From Spirochaetales bacterium (GTDB lineage Bacteria > Spirochaetota > Spirochaetia > JABEVK01), in assembly GCA_037142615.1 (NCBI GenBank), contig JBAXAI010000016.1, positions 24,318 to 88,317 on the forward strand: DNA of 64,000 bases. The letters run 5' to 3'. Made by a program: the position numbers and the translations under genes. The notes under the pieces are model-generated. The model saw nothing but the letters and a program-made list of their open reading frames with translations, made no database searches and was not told the DNA's origin. This document shows positions 9,250-18,960 of this stretch, piece after piece; positions within the stretch are counted from its first letter, which is position 1, and every line of letters begins with the position of its first letter.

Positions 9250-10436
9250 GACCGCTTCACGGAAGCGTTCAGCGCGGCGTTCTTCCGAATCAGCGCCACG
9301 CGGTCCTCGACACTGGTACGGCTTCGCAGCCGGTCGGGAGGCGTGCTGTTCACGTAGTCGAGCAACTGCTCGACGCTGGTCTCGGCTACGTGCAACCGCG
9401 TATCGCTCGACGCGTAGTAGATCAGCACGCGTCCGTCCGGATCGGCGACGAGACCGTTGGTGAACACGACGTTCGACACATCGCCCGTGCGCTCCTCGCC
9501 TTCGGGGGCGATCAGATAGCCGCCGGGGGTCGCGACGGTCTTGGTGGGATCCTTCGGGTCGGCAAGGAACGCATAGATGACGTACCGCAAGCCGGCCGCC
9601 GTGTTGCGCACGCCGTGGGCGACGTGCAGCCAGCCGTCCTTGGTCTTGATGGGCGGTGTGCCGGCACCGTTCTTCACTTCCTTGATGGTGTGGTACAGCT
9701 TGGGGTCGAGCACGGTTTCCTTGGCGACCACCGCGGGGTTCATGCTTTTGCTGAGTCCGGTGCTGATGCCGCCGCCGGAGCCGGTGTCGATGAAGCCGTC
9801 TTGCGGACGCGTGTACAGCAGGTATTGGCCGCCGACAAACTCCGGATGGAGCACGACGTTGCGCTGCTGGCCGCCGCCCGTCTTGAGGTCGGGTAGGCGT
9901 TCCCACATCTTGAGGTCTTTGGTGCGGACCATGCCGGCGGTGGCCGTGGCCGAAGAGGTGTCACCGGGCTTGGCGGCGGGGTCTTTGCGCTCGGCACAAA
10001 ACAGGCCGTAGATCCATCCGTCCTCGTGAGCTGTCAGGCGCATGTCGTAGACATTGGTCTCCGGGTCGTCGACGTCGCCCAGTAGAAGGGGTTCGCCCTC
10101 GAAGCGGAAGTCGTGAACGCCATCGGGACTGCTGGCGAGCGCGAAGAAACTCTTGCGGTCCCAGCCTTCCACCCGGGCCACCAACCAATAGCGACCGCCG
10201 AAAAAGAGGGCACCGGCGTTGAACACGGCGTTGATGCCCAGCCGTTCCATGAAGAACGGGTTGGTTTTCGGATCGTAGTCGTAGCGCCACGTTGGAGGCA
10301 CGTGACCTGCCGTCAGAATGGGATGCTCGTAGCGGGTGAAAATGCCGTTGCCGGGCAACACTGGCTGGTTATGGCGGTGGATCAGCTCGTTGTACTCGCG
10401 CTCGACATGGGCTCGGCGGGTGGCAAAGTGACTCAT
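9246..10436 (-). CDS. 4-O-beta-D-mannosyl-D-glucose phosphorylase (GH130 subfamily 1)
   Basis: [48 protein letters not shown] and GDVSNVVF motifs; start MSHFATRR at 10436. Confidence 0.88.
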   Translation of the reverse strand: MSHFATRRAHVEREYNELIHRHNQPVLPGNGIFTRYEHPILTAGHVPPTWRYDYDPKTNPFFMERLGINAVFNAGALFFGGRYWLVARVEGWDRKSFFALASSPDGVHDFRFEGEPLLLGDVDDPETNVYDMRLTAHEDGWIYGLFCAERKDPAAKPGDTSSATATAGMVRTKDLKMWERLPDLKTGGGQQRNVVLHPEFVGGQYLLYTRPQDGFIDTGSGGGISTGLSKSMNPAVVAKETVLDPKLYHTIKEVKNGAGTPPIKTKDGWLHVAHGVRNTAAGLRYVIYAFLADPKDPTKTVATPGGYLIAPEGEERTGDVSNVVFTNGLVADPDGRVLIYYASSDTRLHVAETSVEQLLDYVNSTPPDRLRSRTSVEDRVALIRKNAALNASVKRS

Positions 10437-11629
10437 GAGACGCTCCTGGCCCGCTGGAGCAACTCCAAACAAGCCCTTCCATTGTGATAGCTGGTCTTCC
10501 AAAGACCACCTTTGGGCCGGGTCTTGTCGGGCGTCCCGTCGGCTGCGACCGCCCAGAACCACTCGCCCCGTATTCGGTCGGCCTGATGCCCGTCGATCCA
10601 CTGCCACACCCTCTCGGCGGCCGTGAGGAACGCCTCGTCGCCGGTCAGTTGCCAGCCATTGACCAGACCCACAAGGGCTTCGGCCTGCACCCACCAGATG
10701 CGCGTGGTGTCGACAACGCCGTGGTGGCGTTCGTTGGGCAACGCGCCGTGTTCTTCGACGAGGGCGAGAGCAGTGCGGGCAAGGGAGGAGTACTTACCGC
10801 TGCGGCCGGGGGGTAACTCTTCGGGCCACAGCACATGGGCCGCTTCGGTCATCAGCCAGCTCGCCTCGACGTCATGGCCGTAGCTCTCGTGGTCGGTGAG
10901 TGGCGTCCAATCGCGGTCAAAGTACAGCCCCAAATGCCCACTCGGTCCGACAATCTTACTTTCGAAGACGTACAGCAGGCTTTCGAGCGCGTCCCGCACC
11001 TCGCGAAGGCCCGTCACCTGAAACAGCACCGTGTAGGCCTCAAGGACGTGCAGGTTGGTGTTCATGCTTTTCGAGCACGCCAGGTCGGTCCGGCTGAGGG
11101 CCTGGATGACAGGAACCTCCCAGCGTCGGTCGACGGCCTCGTAGTAGCCACCCAGCTCCCGGTCATGACCAGCTAACTCCAGCTGGCGGAAGGTCTCGAG
11201 CGCCAGTTCGAGGGCGCGGGGCTGCGAAGTGACCTGGAAGTACTTGGCCAACCCGTAGACGGCAAACGCCTGCCCGTAGAGGACCTTGTTCTTCACCGAC
11301 GGACGGCCGCGAGCATCGACCGTCCACCAGAAGCCCTTTCCGGCAGGGTCGTACAGGGCGGTGGTGAGAAACTCGTAGGCGTGCGTGGCGGCGGCGAGGT
11401 CGAGGGGATTGCGGCGCTCGAGATAGGCGGCGCTCGACGCCCAGAGGTGGCGGCTGTGCATGACCACCCCTTTCGGCTGCTGGAAGTCGCAGGTTCCATC
11501 GTCGTTGACGAGCCCGGCGAAGCCGCCAGCACGGCGGTCCATCGTCTGATACCAATACGGGAGAATGTGTTCGCGCAACTCGAAATTGGCCATTTCGGCC
11601 AGGAGGGACAAACGTTCGGCGGCTGCCAT
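10433..11629 (-). CDS. cellobiose 2-epimerase (AGE family)
   Basis: [30 protein letters not shown] and [13 protein letters not shown] motifs. Confidence 0.88.
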   Translation of the reverse strand: MAAAERLSLLAEMANFELREHILPYWYQTMDRRAGGFAGLVNDDGTCDFQQPKGVVMHSRHLWASSAAYLERRNPLDLAAATHAYEFLTTALYDPAGKGFWWTVDARGRPSVKNKVLYGQAFAVYGLAKYFQVTSQPRALELALETFRQLELAGHDRELGGYYEAVDRRWEVPVIQALSRTDLACSKSMNTNLHVLEAYTVLFQVTGLREVRDALESLLYVFESKIVGPSGHLGLYFDRDWTPLTDHESYGHDVEASWLMTEAAHVLWPEELPPGRSGKYSSLARTALALVEEHGALPNERHHGVVDTTRIWWVQAEALVGLVNGWQLTGDEAFLTAAERVWQWIDGHQADRIRGEWFWAVAADGTPDKTRPKGGLWKTSYHNGRACLELLQRARSVS

Positions 11630-11657
11630 GGCAGTCAGTATAGGCCCACCTGGCAGC

Positions 11658-12683
11658 CTAAGGCAACCGGTTTCCTAAGTTCTCGCCGCAGGACTCCCTG
11701 ATCACCAGTTTTGTGGGGAGCTGGATGAGTTGGTTGGTGTCCGGCACCTCTTGAAGGAGCCGAAGCAGCAGGTCTACTGAGGTCTCGCCGATCTTGGGCA
11801 GCGGCTGGGCCACGGCCGTAATGCGTGGCGTCATGACATCGAGGAAGGAGTAGTCGTCGAACACCCCGATTCCGAACTTGGGGATGGAGAGGCCGCGGTC
11901 ACGGAGCACATGAACAGCGTCGAACATGAAGTCGCCGCCCGAGCCCAGAAAGAGGGCTTCCATGTCGGGCTGACGGTCGAGCAGCTCGTTCAGCTCCTTG
12001 CGGATCTCGAGAGAGGCGTACTCGCTGTGCGCCTGGACGCTCCAGGAGATCCCACGCTGCGTAAGTGTCTCGCGGTACCCGCGCAGGCGTTCTTTGACGT
12101 ACGAATAACGCGCCGGCCCAAGCAGAGCACCGATGCGGCGGTAGCCTTGGTCGACCATGTGGTTGACCAGAAGTGACGTGCCGTGGTGATTATCGACATC
12201 GACGCAGTGGTGACTGAACTCCGACTGTTGACCCAGCAAAACGAAGGGAATCCGGTTCACGATCAGCGACGACAGGCTTTCTTTGTCGAGCAGTTCGCCG
12301 CCAATGATCAGGCCGTCGACGGTGCTCCTCTTGAGAAGCCGATTCAGGACTCCCTGGATGTACCCGTCGCGGGGCGTTGTCAGGACCATCAGGTTGTAGC
12401 CCGCCTTGGCGGCTTGATGGCTGATTCCAGCGAGGATGGAGCTCCAGTATTGGCCGACGAACGAGGTTTCCGCATCGTGTGGAATCAAAAACCCGAGGGC
12501 CCCGGTTCGCTGCAGGGCCAAGGCCCGCGCCGACGAGTCAGGATGGTAGTCCAGCTTCTCGACAAGCGTCAGGATGCGCTCGCGGGTGGCGGCGCTAATG
12601 CCTTTGTGCCCGTTGAGGACCTTGGAAACGGTCCCCTTGGACACCTGCGCCATGTCGGCGATCTGCTGAATATTGAGCTTCAT
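11658..12683 (-). CDS. LacI family transcriptional regulator
   Basis: HTH NIQQIADMAQVSKGTVSKVLN, hinge YHPDSSARAL, C-terminal LVIRES. Confidence 0.95.
   Translation of the reverse strand: MKLNIQQIADMAQVSKGTVSKVLNGHKGISAATRERILTLVEKLDYHPDSSARALALQRTGALGFLIPHDAETSFVGQYWSSILAGISHQAAKAGYNLMVLTTPRDGYIQGVLNRLLKRSTVDGLIIGGELLDKESLSSLIVNRIPFVLLGQQSEFSHHCVDVDNHHGTSLLVNHMVDQGYRRIGALLGPARYSYVKERLRGYRETLTQRGISWSVQAHSEYASLEIRKELNELLDRQPDMEALFLGSGGDFMFDAVHVLRDRGLSIPKFGIGVFDDYSFLDVMTPRITAVAQPLPKIGETSVDLLLRLLQEVPDTNQLIQLPTKLVIRESCGENLGNRLP
11662..11675. promoter_or_regulatory. LacI-family operator, copy D, overlapping the -35 of the epimerase promoter
   Basis: Minus strand GGAAACCGGTTGCC lies in the last codons of the LacI gene; its TTGCC(T) end begins TTGCCT-N18-TATACT-N7-ATG. 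Confidence 0.6.
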
Positions 12684-12707
12684 GGCGCACCCACCGGCCC
12701 GACTATA

Positions 12708-13727
12708 TCATTCCCGGCCTACTTCTGCATCGGCAGGAAGCACTTCATTGTGCGCTTTCAGCCATGAAAGCAGCCCGGTTACCGTGGCGAACGCGACGGC
12801 GCTGCAGGTGTCGGCAGCGCCGTAGTAAAGGACCAGGCGCCCCGTAGGTGCGTCGCACAGCGCGGCGACGGGGAAGCACACGTTGGGAACGAACCCTGTG
12901 GTCTCGTAGGGCAGTTCGGGCGTCAGGAGATAGTCGCGGCTCCGGAGCAAGACCCGCGAGGGTGTTTCGAGGTCGAGAAGCGCGGCGCCAACGCTGTACA
13001 CGAAACCGTTTGCGGTGCCCGAGACGCCGTGGTAGAAGAGTAGCCAGCCCTCGCTGGTTTCGATCGGAACGGTGCCGGCGCCAATCTTGACGCTCTGCCA
13101 CCAACCTGAACCGCCCCGGGTCATCACGCGGCGGTGTCGCCCCCAGTGGACGAGGTCGGGGCTTTCGCTCAGAAAGATGTCGCCGAACGGCGTGTGTCCG
13201 CTGTCTGAGGGCCTGGTGAGCAGCAGATACTTGCCGTTCACCCGGCGCGGGAACAAGACGCCGTTGCGGTTGAACGGTGTGACGGGGTTCTCGAGGCGCG
13301 TGAAGGACCGGAAGTCGTTGGTGACGCCCAACCCCAGCGCGGCCCCGCCGAAGTCGGTGCACCATACGATGTAGTACAACCCGTCGAGGGCCACCACGCG
13401 TGGGTCGTAGGCGTAGTTGGGCTGGTACGGGGCCCCGCTCTCATCCTTCCAGGCAATGACCTCATCGTCGAGGTCCCAAGCCAGACCGTCGCGGCTGAAC
13501 CCGGCGTGCAACCGGGCCTTGCCATCGCGATGGTCGGCACGGAACACGCCCGCGAAGCCAACGCCGAAGGGCACGACGGCGCTGTTGTACACCCGGGCTG
13601 TGCTCGGAGTCGGGTTCCAACCGATCACGGGATTGCCACGGTAGCGCCACAAAGGTGCGTTGTTTTCCGAGGGCGGGTCTTGCCAAGGCAGTTGCGGAAG
13701 GGGGGGGCCAGAAACGGTAAGTGGCAC
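12708..13727 (-). CDS. GH130 subfamily 2 beta-1,4-mannoside phosphorylase (mannooligosaccharide or Man-GlcNAc)
   Basis: NSAVVPFG, YDPRV, FNRNGVLFPR, RPSDSGHTPFGDIF and KIGAG motifs; GTG start after AAGGAG. Confidence 0.88.
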   Translation of the reverse strand: MPLTVSGPPLPQLPWQDPPSENNAPLWRYRGNPVIGWNPTPSTARVYNSAVVPFGVGFAGVFRADHRDGKARLHAGFSRDGLAWDLDDEVIAWKDESGAPYQPNYAYDPRVVALDGLYYIVWCTDFGGAALGLGVTNDFRSFTRLENPVTPFNRNGVLFPRRVNGKYLLLTRPSDSGHTPFGDIFLSESPDLVHWGRHRRVMTRGGSGWWQSVKIGAGTVPIETSEGWLLFYHGVSGTANGFVYSVGAALLDLETPSRVLLRSRDYLLTPELPYETTGFVPNVCFPVAALCDAPTGRLVLYYGAADTCSAVAFATVTGLLSWLKAHNEVLPADAEVGRE

Positions 13728-13739
13728 AGAAACTCCTTT

Positions 13740-13753
13740 GGAAACCGGTTTCT
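13740..13753. promoter_or_regulatory. LacI-family operator, copy C
   Basis: GGAAACCGGTTTCT in the 79-bp divergent gap between the GH130 and GRE genes. Confidence 0.72.
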
Positions 13754-13806
13754 CTTTTTCACGATAAACCCTCGCGCTTCTGCTGGCAAGGGTTTATGCT
13801 CAACGT

Positions 13807-15948
13807 ATGAACCGAGAGCTTTCTTACTTTCTGGAGTTCACCCGGGTGTACCGTTCGATCGACCCGCAGCGCCGGGGAGCCCGCGAGGCCGCGTGCTTGC
13901 GCGTGCAGCTTCCTCACATCCTTCAGCCCGTCGGCGACGAACTGATCGCCGGCTTCATGGTGCACGGGTGCGTCGGGTTTAGCCCGCAGTACGGGGGCAC
14001 CTACACCTACTACTACCACCCCGAACGGGTGGAGGCGGCCTTGGGTCAAGAGCCCTTCCCCACCCCCTCGGAATTGAGCGAGATCAAAATTGCTCAGGGG
14101 TTCTGGCTGGAGGAACAGACGGCCGCGAAGCACCGCCTGCGCTTTCGGGCCCTCGGTGGACCGGAGTTCCCGACTTCGTTCCGGGAGCCGGGCTTCGCGA
14201 ACGCCGATGTTCGCGTCGCCGGCAGCACGGTCAACCTCGGCAAGCTACTTCGCCTGGGCATTCCCGGTTTGCGCGCCGAAGTCCGCGCGGTGGCGCCAGT
14301 CGATGCTCAGGCCCGGGAGTTTCTCGACGCCATCGAGGCCTCGCTCGACCTGCTGGCCTGGGCGTGCGAATGGTACGCCCGGGACTGCCGCGCTCAGGGC
14401 AAGCTTGAAATGGCGGCCGTGCTCGACAACCTGGCCGGGAAGGCGCCGACCACGTTCCGTGAGGCGTTGCAGCTTTTCTGGCTGTACGGCATCGTGTCCG
14501 ACCTGATGAACTACGGCCGCCTCGACGACGCGCTGGGCGACTTCTATGTGCGCGACCTCGAAGCCGGTTTGCTAACCGAAGAAGAGGCCCTGGCGCTGCT
14601 GGGCTCGGTGTGGCGCACCATGGCACGCATCGGCAAGATCCACGACGCCCGTGTGGTCGTCGGAGGCGCGGGCCGACACCATCCGAAGAACGCCGACCGG
14701 TTGGCTCTGCTCATCCTGGAGACCTCGCGGCGGGCTCACGACGTGGTTCCACAACTCACCTTGCGACACCACCCCGACAACGACCCGTCCCTGATGAGCA
14801 AGGCCATGAACATGCTTTCCGAAGGCTTCTGTTACCCCCTTCTCTACAGCGACCAGACCAATATTCCCGCCATTGCCACCGCCTACCACGTGAGCGAGGC
14901 CGAAGCGAGCCGTTACGTGCCTTTCGGCTGCGGCGAGTACATCCTCGAAGGACTGAGCACGGGCTCCCCGAACAACGGTGTGAACCTCCTTCTGGCCCTC
15001 GAGCAAACGCTGCATGGCGACCTGCAGGGCATCAAGACCTTCGACGATCTGTTCGAACGCTACGCCCGGACGCTGGAGGCCCCGCTGACGTGGTTGGCCC
15101 GTCACAAGCGCCTCAACTACGACGTAGCCGGCGAAGAGGCCGATTTCCTGTTTCTCAGCCTGCTGACCGATGACTGCCTTGCCCGTGGTCGTGGGCTCCT
15201 GTCGGGCGGGGTGCAATACCTGTTCGCGAGTTCCGAGATCTTCGGCATGATCAGCTGCGCCGACAGCCTGAGCGCTCTCCGTCAACTGGTCTTCGAGGCC
15301 AAGACCCACACCTTGGCCGAAGTGGTGGGCCTGCTCGACCGCAATTTCGATGGCGACCCGCGGATTCGGAAACCCTTCCTCAGGGCCCCCAAGTATGGCA
15401 ACGACGACCCCCAGGCCGACACGATGGCCCAGCGGGTGTACGAGCACGTCGCCCGAGCGACCATTGCGGCGGGCCGAGAAGCGGGCCTCGACGCGTATCT
15501 CATGGTCAGCGTGAATAACTCGATGAGCGCCGAGTGGGGCCAGTACTGCGGAGCTTCGGCCTGCGGACGCTTGAGGGGAAGCCCGCTTGCCAACGCCAAC
15601 GGCGCTTCGTTGGGAGCCGACACCAATGGTCTGACGGCCCTGCTGAACTCCATGGCCGGCTTTGACCATACCCTGCACGCGGGAGTGATCAACAACGTGC
15701 GGCTAAGCAAGGAGCTGTTCCGCTCGTCACTGACGAAGGTTCAGGCGGTGTTTGAGGCCTTTCTCGGGAACAACGGGTCGCAGGTCAACCTCAGCAGTGT
15801 CGGAGCCGACGACCTGCAGGCCGCGCTGGAGAACCCGGAAAACTACGCCAACCTCATTGTGCGCATCGGCGGCTTCAGTGCGCGTTTCGTCGAGCTCAGC
15901 CCCGTCGTCCAGCAGGAAATCGTGGCAAGGACCACTTACCTTGCCTGA
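13807..15948 (+). CDS. glycyl radical enzyme (PFL-like superfamily), unknown specificity
   Basis: Cys loop VPFGCGEY; glycyl motif LIVRIGGFSARF; APKYGNDD; 713 aa. Confidence 0.9.
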   Translation: MNRELSYFLEFTRVYRSIDPQRRGAREAACLRVQLPHILQPVGDELIAGFMVHGCVGFSPQYGGTYTYYYHPERVEAALGQEPFPTPSELSEIKIAQGFWLEEQTAAKHRLRFRALGGPEFPTSFREPGFANADVRVAGSTVNLGKLLRLGIPGLRAEVRAVAPVDAQAREFLDAIEASLDLLAWACEWYARDCRAQGKLEMAAVLDNLAGKAPTTFREALQLFWLYGIVSDLMNYGRLDDALGDFYVRDLEAGLLTEEEALALLGSVWRTMARIGKIHDARVVVGGAGRHHPKNADRLALLILETSRRAHDVVPQLTLRHHPDNDPSLMSKAMNMLSEGFCYPLLYSDQTNIPAIATAYHVSEAEASRYVPFGCGEYILEGLSTGSPNNGVNLLLALEQTLHGDLQGIKTFDDLFERYARTLEAPLTWLARHKRLNYDVAGEEADFLFLSLLTDDCLARGRGLLSGGVQYLFASSEIFGMISCADSLSALRQLVFEAKTHTLAEVVGLLDRNFDGDPRIRKPFLRAPKYGNDDPQADTMAQRVYEHVARATIAAGREAGLDAYLMVSVNNSMSAEWGQYCGASACGRLRGSPLANANGASLGADTNGLTALLNSMAGFDHTLHAGVINNVRLSKELFRSSLTKVQAVFEAFLGNNGSQVNLSSVGADDLQAALENPENYANLIVRIGGFSARFVELSPVVQQEIVARTTYLA

Positions 15949-16768
15949 ACTGCGGGCCCGGATCTTCGACGTCCAGCGCTTCAGCCTGAACGACGGCCCG
16001 GGTGTTCGCACGACGATCTTCTTTCAGGGTTGCAACTTGCGCTGCGCGTGGTGCCACAATCCCGAGTCGATGAGTCCGACCCCGCAGCTGGGCTACTTTG
16101 CCGACCTCTGTGTGCACTGCGGGGCGTGCCACGACGTGTGTCCGGAGGGCGTTCACACCGTGGGCCCGGGCTCCCATACGCTGGATCGAAGCCGCTGTAG
16201 CGCTTGCGGCCGCTGCGTTGAGGCCTGTCCGGCCTCGGCGTTGAAGATCTTTGGCCGCGAGGCCACCGTCGACGAACTGTTCGACTTGGCCCTCCGCGAC
16301 CGCGCGTACTACGGTCCGTCGGGCGGCGGGGTAACCTTCTCTGGCGGTGAAGCCAGCCTCCAGCACGAGTTTGTCGTGGAGCTGGCCACCCGGCTGCGTC
16401 ACGAGGGCCTTTCCACGGCGCTCGAAACCCACGGGGTCGTGGCGTCCAGCGTGCTGAAATCCCTGCTTCCGGTCATCGGACTGTTTCTGGTCGATTGGAA
16501 GGTGAGCGACGAAGCCACCGCTTTGCGCTACACCGGTGGGGTTCCTTCGGCTGTCGAGAGGACGCTCCGACTGCTTCAGGAGGCCGGGGCGCGGGTCCAC
16601 CTTCGCTGCCCCATCATCCCGGGGGTGAACGACAGCGCCGCACACCGGGCCGTGATCGCCGGCTTAGCCAAGCGCTTCTCGTGCATCGAGCAAACCGAGG
16701 AACTGCCGTACCACCGGTGGGGAAACCGCAAGTGGGCGGCTCTGGGCCGGGAGGAACCATGCTTTTGA
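15941..16768 (+). CDS. glycyl-radical enzyme activating protein (radical SAM with ferredoxin insert)
   Basis: DGPGVRTTIFFQGCNLRCAWCHNPES; two CxxCxxCxxxCP motifs; GGVTFSGGE; TTG start overlaps the GRE end. Confidence 0.92.
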   Translation: MPELRARIFDVQRFSLNDGPGVRTTIFFQGCNLRCAWCHNPESMSPTPQLGYFADLCVHCGACHDVCPEGVHTVGPGSHTLDRSRCSACGRCVEACPASALKIFGREATVDELFDLALRDRAYYGPSGGGVTFSGGEASLQHEFVVELATRLRHEGLSTALETHGVVASSVLKSLLPVIGLFLVDWKVSDEATALRYTGGVPSAVERTLRLLQEAGARVHLRCPIIPGVNDSAAHRAVIAGLAKRFSCIEQTEELPYHRWGNRKWAALGREEPCF

Positions 16769-17691
16769 CCGGAACGTTTCTGGATGAGATCAGCCACGAC
16801 ATCCCACACCAGAACTGGGGTCCGCGCGAGTGGGACGCCGATTTTGGGCACATGAAAGCGGCGGGCCTCGACACGGTGATTGTGATCCGCTGCGGGTACC
16901 GGCGCGCCCTCACCTACCCCTCGCCCTACCTGCTGCGCCAAGGCTGCCACGAGCCCGAAGTCGACTTGATCGAGCTTTTTCTGACGCTTGCCGAAAAGCA
17001 CGGCCTGAACTTCTACTTCGGCCTCTACGACAGCGGCCGCGCCTGGGACACGGGCGACCTCTCGAATGAGGCCGACGTCAACGCGTTCGTGACCGAGGAG
17101 GCTTGGGAGCGCTACGGTCACCATCGGGCCTTTCGCGGTTGGTACCTCAGCGCCGAGATCAGCCGCAACACTCCCGGGGCGGTGCGGGCGCTCAACCTCA
17201 TGGGCACCCGGTGCAAGCAGGTGAGCGGCGGGCTCCCGGTCTTCCTGTCGCCGTGGATGGACGGGAGCAAGGCCGTTCCCGCCGCGAGTGCCGTGCTCCG
17301 CAAGGAAGGAATACAACTGGAGGTGCATGAGCGGGAGTGGGACGAGATTTTGGGGGGCCTAGCGGGCGCCGTGGACGCGGTGGCGTTTCAGGACGGCCAC
17401 GTCGACGACGTCGAGCTCGAAAGCTTCTTGCGGACGAACAAGAAACTGGCCGACCGCTACGGGCTGCAGTGCTGGACGAATGCCGAGTCCTTCGACCGCG
17501 ACATGCCCATCAAGTTCCTGCCCATCAAGTGGGAAAAGCTTCGCCGAAAGCTGGAGGCCGCTGGCCGAGCGGGCTACGACAAGGCCATCACGTTCGAGTT
17601 TTCCCACTTCCTCAGCCCGCAGTCCGCCTACGTGCAGGCCCATCATTTGTACAACCGCTATCAGGAGTACCGCGCCCGTAGGCTGGGCTAG
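16759..17691 (+). CDS. DUF4434-like putative glycoside hydrolase (TIM barrel)
   Basis: MLLTGTFLDEISHDIPHQNWG, GWYLSAE, AFQDG, WTNAESFDRD and ITFEFSHF motifs; GGAGG RBS. Confidence 0.7.
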   Translation: MLLTGTFLDEISHDIPHQNWGPREWDADFGHMKAAGLDTVIVIRCGYRRALTYPSPYLLRQGCHEPEVDLIELFLTLAEKHGLNFYFGLYDSGRAWDTGDLSNEADVNAFVTEEAWERYGHHRAFRGWYLSAEISRNTPGAVRALNLMGTRCKQVSGGLPVFLSPWMDGSKAVPAASAVLRKEGIQLEVHEREWDEILGGLAGAVDAVAFQDGHVDDVELESFLRTNKKLADRYGLQCWTNAESFDRDMPIKFLPIKWEKLRRKLEAAGRAGYDKAITFEFSHFLSPQSAYVQAHHLYNRYQEYRARRLG

Positions 17692-17853
17692 ACGAGGCGG
17701 AGCGTCGCGGCGCTGGTGGTGTTACACAGGCACCTGGCCGTCAGGAAACGCCTTCTCCACGGTCGCGGGCACGGTCGCGACGCTGTCCGTAAGCTGGGGA
17801 GCGGTGTGGTCCCCCAGTTGGTTGTAGGCCTGGTTGGTCAGCAGGACCAGCGA

Positions 17854-18960
17854 CTAGTCCAACCACCCCTCGACGAGCCCCAGCGGCAGCGCTGCCGGTC
17901 GTTTGGGCTTGCTGTGGATGCGAACCGCGCGTCCGGTTTTCGACGAAGTTTCGAAGGCCAACATCACTTCGAGCGCGTGGTAGGCCAGCTCGCCGCTGGC
18001 CCGGTGCGGCCGGTTGCCCACAATGGCGTGCGCCAAGTCGGCAGCGCCGATGGAGCGCATGTTGTCAGCGTAGTTGTGGCTCAGGCCGACGTCGTTCCAC
18101 TCGCGCTTGCCGGCGTTCGTCGCCAGGCGCACAGGACCCCCAAAGTTGTTGGGGTCGGGCAGTTCCAGGCTCCCAAGCGTGCCGTATAGTTCCAGCGGTT
18201 TGTGCTGGTGCGCCTGCACGTCGAAGCTGATGGCGACGTTCACGATAGCTCCGGAATGGAACTTGAGCACGCCGGCCTGGTGGGTGGGCACGTTGACTTG
18301 GATGGTCTCGCCGTAGTGTTCCTGGCTGGTGATGAGCCGGGTCTCGCGGCCCTTGGTCACGAAACCGCTTACCTGGGCAACGGGCCCCAGGGTATTGATC
18401 AATGCCGTCACGTAGTAAGGCCCCAGGTCAAGCATCGGTCCGCCACCGGGCTGAAAGAAGAAGTCGGGATTCGGGTGCCAACTTTCCATCCCGCTGCCCA
18501 GGAAGAAGGCGGTTCCCCCGAACACTTTGCCGATCCAGCCGTCGTCGATCACTTTGCGGGCCGTCTGCAGGCCGGCGCCGAGGAAGGTGTCGGGGGCGCA
18601 GCCGACCAGGAGGCCTTTTTCCTTAGCCAGCGCCAGGATGGCCTGCCCGTCGGCCAGATTGGTCGCCAGCGGCTTTTCGCTGTGCACGTGCTTGCCGGCC
18701 TTCAGCGCGGCCAGCGAGACCTTGGCATGCTCGTTGGGGGGCGTCAGGTTGATGATGAGGTCGATGTCTTTGCGGGCGAACAGTTCGGACGGGGTGTAGG
18801 CCACGGTTCCGTACTCTTTGGCTTTTTCGGCCGAGCGCTCGGCGATCAGATCGGTGCAGCCTGCGATTTCGAGAATGTTGAACTTCTTGGCGGCGTTGAA
18901 GTAGGAGGGGCTGATATTGCCGCACCCGACGATGCCGATCCTGACTTTCTTCGGGCTCAT
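17854..18960 (-). CDS. Gfo/Idh/MocA family oxidoreductase
   Basis: GIVGCGNIS, SEKPLA, GCAPDTFLG and GGGPMLDLGPYY motifs. Confidence 0.92.
   Translation of the reverse strand: MSPKKVRIGIVGCGNISPSYFNAAKKFNILEIAGCTDLIAERSAEKAKEYGTVAYTPSELFARKDIDLIINLTPPNEHAKVSLAALKAGKHVHSEKPLATNLADGQAILALAKEKGLLVGCAPDTFLGAGLQTARKVIDDGWIGKVFGGTAFFLGSGMESWHPNPDFFFQPGGGPMLDLGPYYVTALINTLGPVAQVSGFVTKGRETRLITSQEHYGETIQVNVPTHQAGVLKFHSGAIVNVAISFDVQAHQHKPLELYGTLGSLELPDPNNFGGPVRLATNAGKREWNDVGLSHNYADNMRSIGAADLAHAIVGNRPHRASGELAYHALEVMLAFETSSKTGRAVRIHSKPKRPAALPLGLVEGWLD

Noticed and set aside
13807-15948. Calling the GRE pflB
   Set aside because: Lacks the adjacent Cys-Cys pair; its activase carries a ferredoxin insert.
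17692-17853. Short hairpins and a CACGGTCGCG direct repeat between convergent genes
   Set aside because: Weak and expected by chance at this GC content; possibly just termination structure.
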